Shown here: piece after piece, positions 1 through 11,365 of the stretch | Layout of the letters: every line of letters begins with the position of its first letter | How positions within the stretch are numbered: the stretch's first letter is position 1 | Assembly: GCA_001724265.1 (NCBI GenBank) | Contig: MEDY01000303.1 | Location: forward strand, 1-37,761 | From: Rhizaria sp. SCN 62-66 | Taxonomy: Eukaryota | Length of the DNA: 37,761 nucleotides | Direction: 5' to 3' | Program-made: the position numbers and the translations under genes | Notes under the pieces: model-generated | What the model was told of the DNA's origin: nothing | Database searches by the model: none | Seen by the model: only the letters and a program-made list of their open reading frames with translations

Positions 1-1
1 C

Positions 2-211
2 GACTCCGAGGAGGAGATCAAGGAGGCCTTCAAGGTCTTCGACAAGGACGGCAACGGCTTCATCTCGGCCGCCGAGCTCTCCCACGTCATGACCCACCTC
101 GGTGAGACCCTGTCCGACGATGAGGTCGCCGAGATGATCCGCGAGGCCGACATTGACGGCGACGGCCAGATCAACTACGACGAGTTCGTCAAGATGATGA
201 TGTCCTCATAA
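2..211 (+). CDS. CAM: Calmodulin, C-terminal half (EF-hands 3 and 4; 5'-truncated by the window)
   Basis: Frame from nt 2 reads [69 protein letters not shown], then TAA at 209-211. It is nearly colinear with the canonical calmodulin C-lobe. Absent from the ORF track. Confidence 0.93.
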   Translation, partial: DSEEEIKEAFKVFDKDGNGFISAAELSHVMTHLGETLSDDEVAEMIREADIDGDGQINYDEFVKMMMSS

Positions 212-1041
212 GCGCACCGGCAACATGCTACTCGTTGACGTTGGATGATGACGTCCACCAAACCCCATCCCCCGCGTGATGAGCTCGCTTATTGTTGAGC
301 TGGCTTGCTGTTATTGCTGTTGAGCGGTATGATAACTTGCGGTTGGCAACTGAGCGTTAAAGCTGTGTTCAAGTTGTCGTATGTTTCGCCAAGTATGGAG
401 TCAATGAATTGTTTGTTCTTCATGCCGCTTTACGTAGGTCTGTGAGGTTTAGAGAGAGATTCCTTGCCTCTATCTTGCAGTACAACGACGAGCGGTGGGG
501 AAACAAAAGGATGTGTCAACAAGAACCACGTGCATGCAATGACATTTCGCAATTAAGCACTGATTGTTCTTCATCTCGGCTCACAGTAACAGTGCTGTGA
601 TGGCAAAAGACCACACAAAAAATGTAACAACAAACACAAAAACATGATGACGTCGGTTCTAAACTGTACAGTTCTGTATTGCCTAGACATGTATTCTGCC
701 TCGCAATGTCCTGCTTGGCTTTCTTTGCATTGAGTCGAGCATCGAGAGAGACAAGCGAAGCACAAACATGAGAATCGGCAGGGATATGCGCCTGCACTGC
801 TGCCTCGACAACAGAGTGCAGTTATTTGAATTCAATTTAAACCTGTAACACGATACAAAGACTCTTTATTCGACTACTACCCTGTTCGTGCCTGAATCTC
901 TTTACTCGATCGATTGTCGTATTGTATTTTGAACTGCACTCCGCACAACTTCCGTCGTTAGTGAATCCGAGGTTAGAGCTAGATATAACCGTATATTTCT
1001 TAAATGTTATCTTTATTATAAGTCAATTTCTGCTTAGGAAG

Positions 1042-3954
1042 ATGGACAAGGTGACCCTGCCGCTGCAGGACATCGTGACCAGCCGCATCGTCGAACCAGG
1101 CGTTCCTCCTGCCCCCGAGCTCACCTCCCTCGAGCACTTCTTTCACCTTGTTCATGCTGTACACCAACAAAGCGATGTTGAACAAGGTGGCTGGTGTCCT
1201 GACTACTTACGTCCTACCTCAACTCTGCAACAGAGCTCAGTCAGTGCCGACACTGCTGCTGCCGCTGCCTCTTCCGTGGACGGCCATAGCTCTGCACAGA
1301 ATTCAGTTGTTCTTTCAGCGGAACAAAACCAGAAGGACATCCACGAATGTGAATCAAGTTTCTACAACGCTGCTTTCTTCGCAAACATCTAGCATCGCGT
1401 GCTTGACAGCCTGACTTCCAGCACCCGCGAGCTCACTCCCACGACGTCAGACGTCCACAGCGCTGCATCGCTGCCGCCCGTCGACGAGGACGACGCCTTC
1501 CGCACCGCGCCGCTCGCCTCGCAACGCAAGCGCGACGTCTCCGCGGCTATCATGCTCAAGAGCAAACAGCTCGTCGACAGTGCGGACATCTTGCTCCATG
1601 GTGCGCTCTTGTTGCAGACGCAGTCCGTCGTGTCGCAACGCTTCTCGCACGACATGTCGCACCTGACCACGTTGTTCCCCACCGCACTCCCCGCTGTGCC
1701 GATCGTCACCGCGGGGACCACCGCTACCACGGTCGCGGCTGTGACCGCCGCCGTGCCCAGCACCGCGGGTGCCATCGCCGTCGACGCCACCGTCACGGTC
1801 TCCGCGACCAATAACGGTCACCTGGCGCGGACTGCAAGCAGCGCTGGCGCAGACGGCGCGGCCGCTGGCTCAACCGCGACTGCGACTGCTCCTGTGCAAC
1901 TGCCCCTGGCCACGCGCTCTGTCGTCGCAGTCCCGCACATCCTCACAGAGGCCTCGGCCGCCACCGCGCTCGCCGCCGCGCCCGACCTGGCCTCCTTCCT
2001 CGACGGCGCCACGCCGGTCGCGCACGCATGGCCGCCGCCGACGGTGCTCTCGCTGCGTGCCGTGCCGCGCCCGCTGCGCCCGTACGGCGCCCACGTGGAG
2101 CTGCCGGTGCCCGGCGCGCTCGCCGACGGGTTCGCCGTGCCGGGCGCCTCCTCCGCGGCCGCGGCGCCGACGCTGACGCTCGTGCAGCGCATGTCGACCA
2201 AGCCCGTCACTGCCGCGGCCGCCGCGGCGTCCGAGTCGCTCAACCCACCGCGCTTCCCGCCGCGCCCGCGCAGCGACGTGCACATTATCCGCGACTCATC
2301 TGGCGGCGCTATGACGCCCGCCGCGCTGCCTCCGCTGACTGCGGAGCCCGCGCTGGCGTGGGGCCCGCGGCGCTGGGCGGCCCCGCTGCAGGCGCTGCGC
2401 GCGGAGCAGCGGACCGCGTTGTTAATGGCCGTCGCGGTGCGCGTTGTGGCCGAGGCGCGCGCCGTGGAGCGCGGCACGGGCCTCTCGGGTGCGGGGCTTG
2501 ACGCCACGGACGACGCGCCGGCTGGGGAGTTCACCTGCAGCGTCGGCAGCGGCGGCGGTGTGGTGACCGTGGCGTTCGCTGGACAGGAGCCCGCGGTGAG
2601 CGTGCTGGTGAAGCCGCAGGCTGTGGGCATGCACTCGCTCTCTGGCGCCACGGTGGCCGCTGCAAACGCGCATATTAAAGAACGTGACACCGACGTTGTC
2701 GTCTCAAGTGGTACAATCGCGCGAATGAATGACGATGATCATGAAAACGGCGCAGATTCGAGTCGCTCGAGTGGCGCTTCAAGTCGCCCCCCACAGCCCA
2801 CGAAGCTCGTCCTCCACGGTCTCGCCTCGCTCTTTGACGCAGACTCTGCTGCACTCACAGCCGCTGCCGCGTCCCCGTATGTGTGCACGACTATCGGAAC
2901 TGCTGGACCGAGCTCAGCAGCAACGGTTAAGACTGTAACAGACTCTCTCGGCTCCGCTGTGTCCGAGACCGCGGCCCGAGACGTGCTGCTTTCGCGCAAC
3001 ACACTGCTCCTGCTCTGTGAAGTGCTCCTCGCTGAGCTCACCTCCGAGACTGCGCTGCTCTCGCACGCGGCGCTCTCCGGCGGCGTGCTGTCGCTCGCGC
3101 CCGCGCACCAGGAGACCGTGCTCGCCGACGTTGTCGCCAACGGCGGCGTGTTGCCGCGCCATTCCGACCACGCCGCTGCGGCCCGCGCCACCGCCGCGGC
3201 CGTCACCGCCGCGGTGGCCGCGACCACGACGGTGACGACCAGCACAGCGCGCAACGACAGTACCGTCACCGCCGGCGTGGCCAGCGGCGGCGGCGTCGTC
3301 GGGCTCGGCAGCGGCGGCGATGTGCCCCGCGCGCCCGGGCTTGGCGGCCTAACTTCCGTGCGCGACGACACTGCGATTACGCGACTTACCCTCGCGGGCC
3401 GCGCCAGCCGGTTTGCGCCCGCGACGACCCCTGGCGGCGCCGTCGCGGCGGCCCACACGTGCGGCGGCGGAGGCAGCGGCGGCGTCTCCGTGGTGACCAG
3501 CACCGTCACTGCGCCCCGTGCGGCTTCGGCCGCGGCCGCAGCGGGGTCGGTCCAGCGCCCGCGGTCTTTGCTGAAGCTGCTGGTCGCGTGCGTGCGCTTC
3601 GACCGCGCGCGGCGCGCCGTGGAGGCGCAGTGCGAGCGGTTGCGCAGTCTGGCCAGCGTCCGCAAGGCCGGCGTGTCACTGTCGCTGCGCGCCGTCGAGG
3701 GCACGCCGTACGGGGCGCGCCTGCGCGTGAGGGACGGGAACGGGCGCGTGGTAATGGAGATCGGGCTCAGCGGAGCTATGGTCGCCGTGACGGCGTATCC
3801 GACGCGGGACGTGAGAGCCAAGAGCGCCTACACTGCGTCCGCGGGCGAAGATGAAGAGAACGAGGTCGCAAGGCCAGTTCTGTGCGGCTTGGTACGGGCA
3901 ATTCAAATGCTTGAGATGAAGGTTCTGTCTGTGATTGAGGCTGCTGGTGTGTAA
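1042..3954 (+). CDS. MED17: Mediator subunit 17-like protein (~970 aa), one frame with an internal in-frame TAG at 1390-1392
   Basis: ORFs 922..1392 and 1399..3954 share a frame and are separated only by TAG CAT CGC. Three segments resemble MED17 N-terminal blocks as recalled: MDKVTLPLQDIVTSRIVEPG, NAAFFANI*HRVLDSL (cf. SALTEMCVLYDVLSIV) and LKSKQLVDSADILLHGALLL (cf. RKKKSLAGAAQILLKGAERL). Ends in TAA. Confidence 0.7.
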
Positions 3955-5280
3955 AATTGACGATGTATTATATCGTTTCGTGAACAACCCTAGGGCGGGT
4001 TTTCATCGACGTCTGCCGTGAAAGATGTTAAGAAACAACAACAAGCAATGCATCCTCGTATAACACTGTTCCTGCGGCCAATGCTGTCTATATCGCTGCA
4101 ATCTGACACGATTTCGTCATTCTTTGACATGTTCTGCGCTTGCGTGCCGCAGCTTGGCGAGCTCTGGTTGATGTGGTCACGGTTGTTGATACGTTCAATC
4201 TATGGGCAATTCGGGTACAACAGCACGTTCAACTCCGTGACTACGAGTTACTTCTAGCTGGTGCACTTCGTCCATGTGTTGCCGCACTGTATCGACGCAA
4301 TGGGTCTCGTACACACTAAGGATGGAAACGCGGTACTGACAAGAGTTGCCAGTCAGTCCTCAACTACTTTACACGATTGTTATTTAGTCCATACATATGC
4401 GCATCCTCTAGTTCATAAGCGTCAGAATAGGATTTGAAGTAGTTTAAAGTGAGTTGAAATCCATAAACCGATAGATTCTCATCATATTTCCCAATTGGCA
4501 CTGTTCACGTGGTCATTTCGTGCGATTTATATCGTTCAAAGGAGCTTGGAAAAGACAAAACCTTAAATTAGGCCGTGGTTCTGGTGGGCTCGCAAGCATC
4601 AGAAAGCCCTAAATTGTGGCACATCATTAACTGACAATGTGGGTGTTGATGTAATTTTAAAATCCAAATGTCATTAGTATATTTAGTCACGGATGACTTT
4701 TTGTGTTCGATGCACGAAATAGCCCGCAAATGTGTGACATACGTGCTTCAAGCCGCTGTGGTAATCGCAGCCTAGAAGCGCGACTTCCAAACCAGTCCCT
4801 AGCATTGACTGTTGTAGGGCACGCAATGTGTACATTATTCCCAACGTTGTTTGATTGATTTGAATGTGGATTTACAATTTTCTTCTCGATCCGAGACGAT
4901 TTAGTGGCTGGATCAAGAAGATGATAGTTTGACAAGCTTTCCCCCACGTGATGGAGGTGGCTCTCTTTAAGAATGACAATCGCGGTGCATACCGACGTCA
5001 AACTAGGCCGAACGCATCTGCAAGCATATCATATGTTTGTTTAAATGCTATATTTGTATGTTTTTGATCTTTGCATGTGGTCTTGTGCTTGATTACTCTC
5101 ACAAAATCCACTCATGTTCCCTCCACTCATTTGAGGAGCTGGTGATTACAACTGTTCGCTCTCGCATACAACCATGGTCAGCTCACACCTCACTCTGTAC
5201 ACACACCCTTCTCTCTGACTTGTCATCTGCCTTGCCCTTTCGAACGGTGTCTTCTGCTCTCAACTTGCAGTGTGTAAAGC

Positions 5281-6312
5281 ATGCGTCTGGTGACCAGTAT
5301 GCTCGTCATGGCGATGCTCTTTGTGGCTGCCACCCAGGCCAACACCTACACCAGCGAGGGCGTTGTTGCTGACTTCTTCAAGGCGACTGAGTACGCGTCG
5401 ATGTTCCAGCAGTTTATTACCAAGTTCAAGCGCTCCTATGCCTCGTCTGCTTTTGCTGCACGCCTCAAGACTTTCAAGGACAACATCAACAAGCTGACCC
5501 AGTCCAACAAGGACAAGAAGCCCTACACTCTCGGTGTGACACAGTTCGCCGACCTTACCCCCGCTGAGTTCAGCAAGCAGGTCGCGGGCCTCCAGGTCCC
5601 TTCCAGTGCTTCCTTTGTCGAGGCTGACGCCGAGACCGAGGTTTCCGAGGCTCAACTCGCTGATGATACGACCACCTTCCGGGCCGGCTTCAACTGGTTG
5701 AACTACGTCCAGATCCGCCCCCCTCGCGACTCCAAGACCTGCGGCTCCTGCTGGGCTTTCACTGCTGCTGCGACCACTGAGGTGGCCCGCACTATCGCCA
5801 AGCAGGGCAACGAGTATCTCTCCACCCAACAGATCATCGACTGCTCCATTACTGGCTGCCGCGGCTGCAACGGTGGCTGGGCCGACTGCGCCTACCGCAC
5901 CATGATGGACGGCATGTATGACGAGAAGGAGGCGCCCTACCTTAACAAGGGGAGTGTCTGCGCCCCCCAAAAGATCCCCAGTCTCCTTGGCAAGCTGAAG
6001 CGTTTTGAGACCTTCGATAGCACTGATAAGAACCTGTTGGCACAGATCCGCAAGGGTCCCGTCTGGTCTGCCGTGAGCTCCTCCGGCCTTCAGCTCTACA
6101 AGAGCGGCATCCTCACCACCATGATTAACTGCACTGGCATCGTTGATTATTCGATCATGCTTTATGGCTACCATGCCGACGGCTACATCAACTATTTCCG
6201 GGCCAGTGCTAACTTTGGCCCTGACTGGGGTGAGGCTGGGTTCTTCAGGATTCAGAACACCAATGTCTGCAACCTCGCTAAAAACAAGAGTTACCGTCCG
6301 ATCGTTGTCTAA
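5281..6312 (+). CDS. Papain-family (C1A, cathepsin L-like) pre-pro-protein, intronless, probably catalytically inactive
   Basis: Signal peptide; I29 propeptide with ERFNIN-like (ARLKTFKDNINKLTQSN) and GxTQFAD motifs; CGSCWAF, GCNGG and WGEAGFF. The oxyanion Gln, catalytic His and catalytic Asn positions are substituted. Confidence 0.9.
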   Translation: MRLVTSMLVMAMLFVAATQANTYTSEGVVADFFKATEYASMFQQFITKFKRSYASSAFAARLKTFKDNINKLTQSNKDKKPYTLGVTQFADLTPAEFSKQVAGLQVPSSASFVEADAETEVSEAQLADDTTTFRAGFNWLNYVQIRPPRDSKTCGSCWAFTAAATTEVARTIAKQGNEYLSTQQIIDCSITGCRGCNGGWADCAYRTMMDGMYDEKEAPYLNKGSVCAPQKIPSLLGKLKRFETFDSTDKNLLAQIRKGPVWSAVSSSGLQLYKSGILTTMINCTGIVDYSIMLYGYHADGYINYFRASANFGPDWGEAGFFRIQNTNVCNLAKNKSYRPIVV

Positions 6313-7609
6313 GTAATGATCACAAAACAACAACGACAACACTGTGTGGGAGTGTTGTGTATTCATAATACGTCGACACTCTGCTAAAGCACTCCACAAC
6401 AACCAATATTCGATTTTGTCTCACAACCAATTGATGTAGAAGACATGAAGATGGGTATACTGTGCGAAATATGTACCTCTTCGATCAAGTGTTGCTCCAT
6501 TCCGTGCTTCTTCTTTTTTTGTTCCTTTCTTTCTTTCTTTTCTCACGAATCAGACTCATCACCCGACTACGACAACTGGTCCTGATTTTACTTTTCACAG
6601 CAATTCATCCCGCATATGAGATGATGCAACTCTATCATACAGACGCAATATAGTCGCCATAATTTAGCTTTTCTCGTCTTTGATGCTTGTTGTATGATGA
6701 TGTGGGTTTCCGGTCTGTTCACATGGGGTGTTTACTTGATTGAAAAGCTTCTAAAAGCGTGTTAGTCCGCGCAAGATAGAGGACTTGAAAGAATCGGAAC
6801 AAAGATTGTTTTTCTACGTAGCTCGTTGATATATATATATGAGTGTTGACCTTTTGCGATAATATACCTCAACTATCCTCAAGAACCATGGAAAAAAACA
6901 GTTTAAAAATTAACTATTCTGATGAATCAGCTCAGGATATAGTGTGGAAGATACATGCATTGTTGCGAGTTATACAAAATGGCCTGCAACATAAACCACG
7001 TTGAACAATGTTGTTTAAGTTGTTTCAAAATAGAATAAACCCATTTAAGCACATGTTGACATCGTCTTGGTTTGCACAAATATCCTATGTGTGCCAGCCG
7101 GGTGACCGTGACCAGTAGGGTGGGAGGGCAAAGTTAAGTCGCAGATTGAGGTGTTTGGCCGAAATTAAAAGCTGAAATTGTGGGAAGTTGACTTAAGTAC
7201 TGTTAATGTTGTTAAATAGGTTCCAGGTTTATGTTTGGTTTTAGCACTATTTATCTACGACATGCCCTTATGAGGGTTATTACTGTCTGACGGGGCTAGA
7301 CAAATGCATTTCGCTCCAACTCCAGTCTGTGGAGATCAGACCGTTATTGCTGCAGGAATACCGCGCTCTATGGTCTGGTTTGTTGACACAAACAGAGCTG
7401 TCCAGCTCTAATCAAGCGTACTTTATCAAATATACTCTTGCGGATTATCTATGAACGCATATATTCCCCTATTTTTTCCTGTCCATCGCGCCCGTCTCCC
7501 ACGCTCCTTGTTTCTTCCCTTTGATCTTGTTCTACCCTTCATAACTTTCACGTATTGTCTTGTCATGTATGCTCTTGTATGTATCTATCCACATCTTTAG
7601 TGTGTAAGC

Positions 7610-9053
7610 ATGCGTCTTCTGACGACCGTGCTTGTTGTGGCGATGCTCTTCATCGCTGCCACTGAGGCCTCCTACATTGACTCCTCTGTAGAGGGCGTGA
7701 ACTTCTTCAAGGCGTCCGAGTACGCCTCGATGTTCCAGCAGTTCATCGCCAAGTTCAAGAAGAGCTACTCAACCTCTTCCTTTGCTGCTCGCCTCAAGGC
7801 CTTCACGTCGAACATTAACCTCATCACCCAGACCAACAAGCTTGGCAAGAAGCTTAAGCTCGGTGTGACTCAGTTCTCCGACCTCACTGTGTCGGAGTTT
7901 CGCTCTAAGTTCACTGGTATCACGCTCCCCACCAGCGGTTCGCTTGTCGAGACGGAGAACATGGTCGAGCAGGAGACTGAGGCTGATATTGAGGCCAACG
8001 CCGCTGACTTCAAGACTGGCCGTGATTGGCGCTCTATGATGACCGTCCCTCGCCACCAGCACGGGTGCGGCTCGTGCTGGGCCTTTGCCGCTGCTGCCAC
8101 CGTTGAGGGTGCCCGTGCCATCGCCGGCATTTCGGGCAAGCAGTACATTTCCACGCAGCAGCTCGTTGACTGCGCCAAGGATACTCCCTGCCGGGGCTGC
8201 CGCGGCGGATGGTTCACTTGCGCCTTTAGTGAGCTCCGCAACGGCTACTACACCGACGCCGACATCCCGTATCAGATTAAGGATCTGGGCTCCTGCAGTA
8301 CTAAGACTTCTTCCACGTTTAAACCCCTCGGAAAGATCAAGAAGTTCGACTCTGTCCCTGGCAATGACAAGCAGTTCCTCAAGGCGCTCTCGTCTGGTCC
8401 CATCTGGACGACCTTGAATGCTGATATCCTTCAGAACTACGCTAGTGGCATCGTCACGAGCGACACTAACTGCTCCAAGGTGCGTACAACACCGTTGACA
8501 GAAAATGTTCGATTCCCTTCATGCTACTTTAATCATCGCGACGACGCACTTTTTACTGAGCTCACGTTTTTTTCATCCCGTCCACATGCTTCTTTCATAC
8601 GACTCTTTTCAATAGACTGTGAACCACGCTGTTGTTGCTGTGGGTTATGCTCAGGATGGCAACATCTCTTACTACTACATCCGCAACTCGTGGGGTGAGA
8701 GCTGGTACGTTCAGCTTTATTTCATCATCGCTTCTTCTCTCCTATCTTCGCTTCAAGTTTGTTCATTTCATGCCAAACGTACAGGCGTTTTCCTGTCGTA
8801 TCATCGCCGCGGTGTGCTCGGCACTGACGGAAGCGAGTTGGGCTGAGAGCCAAGATGATTCACTAGCTCATTGGTTTTGTTTAGTATCATCTTCATCTCT
8901 TTGCATTACTTCATCCTCATCGGTTGTGTTCATGTCCACTGTACTTGTTATTGATGGCCTTGTGTATTCTATAGGGGTGAGCAGGGGCACTTCAGGCTCC
9001 AAGCCGGAGCTTGCGGGCTGTACTCGAACGCAGCGGCTCGTCCCATCCTCTAA
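7610..9053 (+). CDS. Papain-family (C1A, cathepsin L-like) cysteine protease, 3 exons, 345 aa
   Basis: Exons 7610-8479, 8616-8704, 8975-9053; introns GTGCGT..AATAG and GTACGT..TATAG. The spliced product has QHGCGSCWAF, VNHAVVAVGY and IRNSWGESWGEQGHFRL, so Q/C/H/N are all present. Ends in TAA. Confidence 0.93.
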
Positions 9054-9938
9054 ACGAGCACCGCCACTGGTGCCAATTGCTATGATAGGACAAGGTGTCA
9101 TACCATAGCTTCCACGCTTCCACCACACTCAACCACTGTACAGTTAACTCGCAATACGCCAGGTGCATCCCGCTCTTAAGCGGTTGGCTTGACCTGACTC
9201 AACATTACGTGATCTCCCCCGTGTCAGACAGCGCGACTAACTTGCAAAACAAAATGAGACCTGGTCTTCCTGCTTTGCATCTTTCTACGCTTGTCACGCA
9301 CGGTTGGCACCCGATTTCTTATTATATATTACTCGACTTCGTCAAGGAGCAAACTTTTGGGCATAGGTACCTTCGCTCGATCAATCCCAATACATTGCGA
9401 ACCTTGAGTTGCCACTTAAAATCTATTAGCGACTTACAACTGTCGCTTGCTCTGGTGAGAATGAAATCAATATAGTATAGCCATCCCTCTACAAATGTTA
9501 TATACTCCGTTTGCTTGCAATAATACTCATATTGTGTAGCAATATCGAAGTTTGAAAGGTCGTGTTTCGGAGATGGTCACTGTCTGTTGGTCTCGGTCGG
9601 TTGCTCGGTCGGTCGAGTTTTGCGGCTTAACTTTTGAACCCAAGAGAGAACTCGCACTCGACCCGTATCCCATGGCGGTAGCCGTAGATAGTCTTATGAA
9701 ATATGTTTAGATGCATTTGCCTTTTGAAGCACAACATATTTTTGTTAGCACTGCTGCTGAAGTGGATATCCCCTTCTTTGACCCGTCCCAGGATCTCACT
9801 CAGGGCCACACTGCTCGACCCGTCTGCTGCTCAACAGATCCCGTCTAGCAACGTCAAACCACATGCTTCTAGAATGTCTCTCACACAGCGTATACTACAT
9901 TTCTCTTTGTATCGCCTTACCCGTTTTATTAGTCGTGT

Positions 9939-11365
9939 ATGCTTAACCGGCTTGCGCGTGCGTCCCGCGTGGCGCCCACGCTGTGCCGCCAAGCCAGTCG
10001 GACCACTTCTGCCGCCCTTCCGGCCTCCGCGTCGCTGTCCGCTGCGCTCCGCCCCGTCCAGGCCACTGCCGCGTTGTCTTTCTCGACCGACTCTTCCGCT
10101 TCCTCGGCCGGCGGCGCGTCTATCCACGACCGTGCGTACGAGGAGATCGCCCAGGGCCGCGCTCAGGCCATGGGCAAGGTCCCAAACCCTAACGCGCCCG
10201 TCTACGCCACCGGCAACAACTGGGCTGGCCAGATCTACTCGGCGGACATGAAGCCCGTCATCACGCTGCCCCGTGGCTACAACCCCGAGACGCAGGAGCC
10301 TGTGCGCTACCAGCCCTCGACTCTGATGCCGCAGTGGTCTGTCCGCCATCTCCGCACCCCCGACACCGAGAACGTACGTTAAAACACTCTCCAGAGTCTC
10401 CTAACTCGCAATCGCGCATTAAATTTGCAACATAACTTGATTTATATTAATCTTCTCTAACTTTCTCCGCTATTTGCCTTTCCGCCTTGCTTCATGGCCG
10501 TGTCTCGCAGGAGCCTTCGTATAAGTCCGTTGTGGCCGACATCCCTGCCATCAACCGCACCCCGCGTGTCACGACTTCTGCCTTCGCGGCGCCCGGCACC
10601 CACGCCGCGACGTCCCGCTTCAACTTCAAGCACACGTTTACGCTCGTCGAGCTCACTCACAACGAGTTCCTGAAAAAGCTCGTGCTGCTCGAGAACAAGC
10701 TCATCGACAAGTTCGGCTCCACCGCCGTGCTCCGCGTCGTCAAGCGCGGCGCGCCCATCAAGAAGCGTTGGGCGCTGCTGCGTTCTCCGTTCGTGCACAA
10801 GCGTGCGCAGGACCACCTGGAGTACCGCGCGCACGAGTACAACCTGCAGGTCTCGTACACGTTCCAGCTCGACGACGCCGTTCTGAACCAGTACGTCTTC
10901 TCCACGCTTAAGCAGGTGCTCAAGAACATCGGTTCCGTCACCCGCCACGGCTACCACATCGACCGCCGCTCCTCAGTCGAGGACAAGTACGTCGCACACG
11001 GCAAGGCCGCCCGCGCCGCGCTCGCGGCGGCCGAGGCGCCCCTGCTGGCGACCACGGCGGCCGAGAGCGTCAACGCCGCGATGCAGCACATGTCGCAGTC
11101 CAAGAACGTCTTCTACGAGTACGTCGCTGAGGCCGAGCGCGAGCAGGCGGCCGAGCTGGAGGCGACGCGCGAGCAGCGCGAGGCCGAGGCCCGCGCGATG
11201 CTGGAGCGCGAGTCTGCGCCGCAGCAGGAGAGCGGCGTGTTCCAGGCTGTGACGGCGACGTCGGCTAACCGCGCGCCCACGGCCGAGGACGAGGACGGAT
11301 TGATCATGAACACGGACGGCGCCGGAGCGGGCAAGAAGGGGGGCAAGGGCGGCAAGCGCAACTAA
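9939..11365 (+). CDS. MRPS10: Mitochondrial ribosomal protein uS10m with N-terminal targeting peptide, 2 exons, ~429 aa
   Basis: Exons 9939-10373 and 10511-11365 (intron GTACGT..CGCAG, phase 0). Arg/Ala/Ser-rich presequence MLNRLARASRVAPTLCRQASR, and the S10 signature GAPIKKRWALLRSPFVHKRAQDHLE. Confidence 0.8.

Noticed and set aside
244-353. Box C/D-like motifs (ATGATGA, GTGATGA, CTGA) after the calmodulin stop
   Set aside because: No terminal stem or recognisable rRNA guide; more simply the calmodulin 3' UTR.
409-797. Short ORFs in AT-richer intergenic DNA (also 4018-5001, 6462-6653, 9095-9475, 11610-12416, 32973-33530)
   Set aside because: They lack the GC3 codon bias of real genes and have no motifs. 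In the few I re-read with TAG as sense, no convincing protein emerged.
1390-1398. Programmed read-through, pyrrolysine or selenocysteine as the explanation for the in-frame stops
   Set aside because: Sec uses UGA, and Pyl is not known in eukaryotes. The contexts (TAG CAT CGC, TAG AGC TCT) do not share a read-through motif such as CAR YYA.
1042-3954. Calling MED17-like (and the Rab-like gene) pseudogenes because of a premature stop
   Set aside because: Each has a single TAG, no frameshifts and intact downstream motifs. The same codon is involved in both and is never used as a terminator here, so codon reassignment is more parsimonious.
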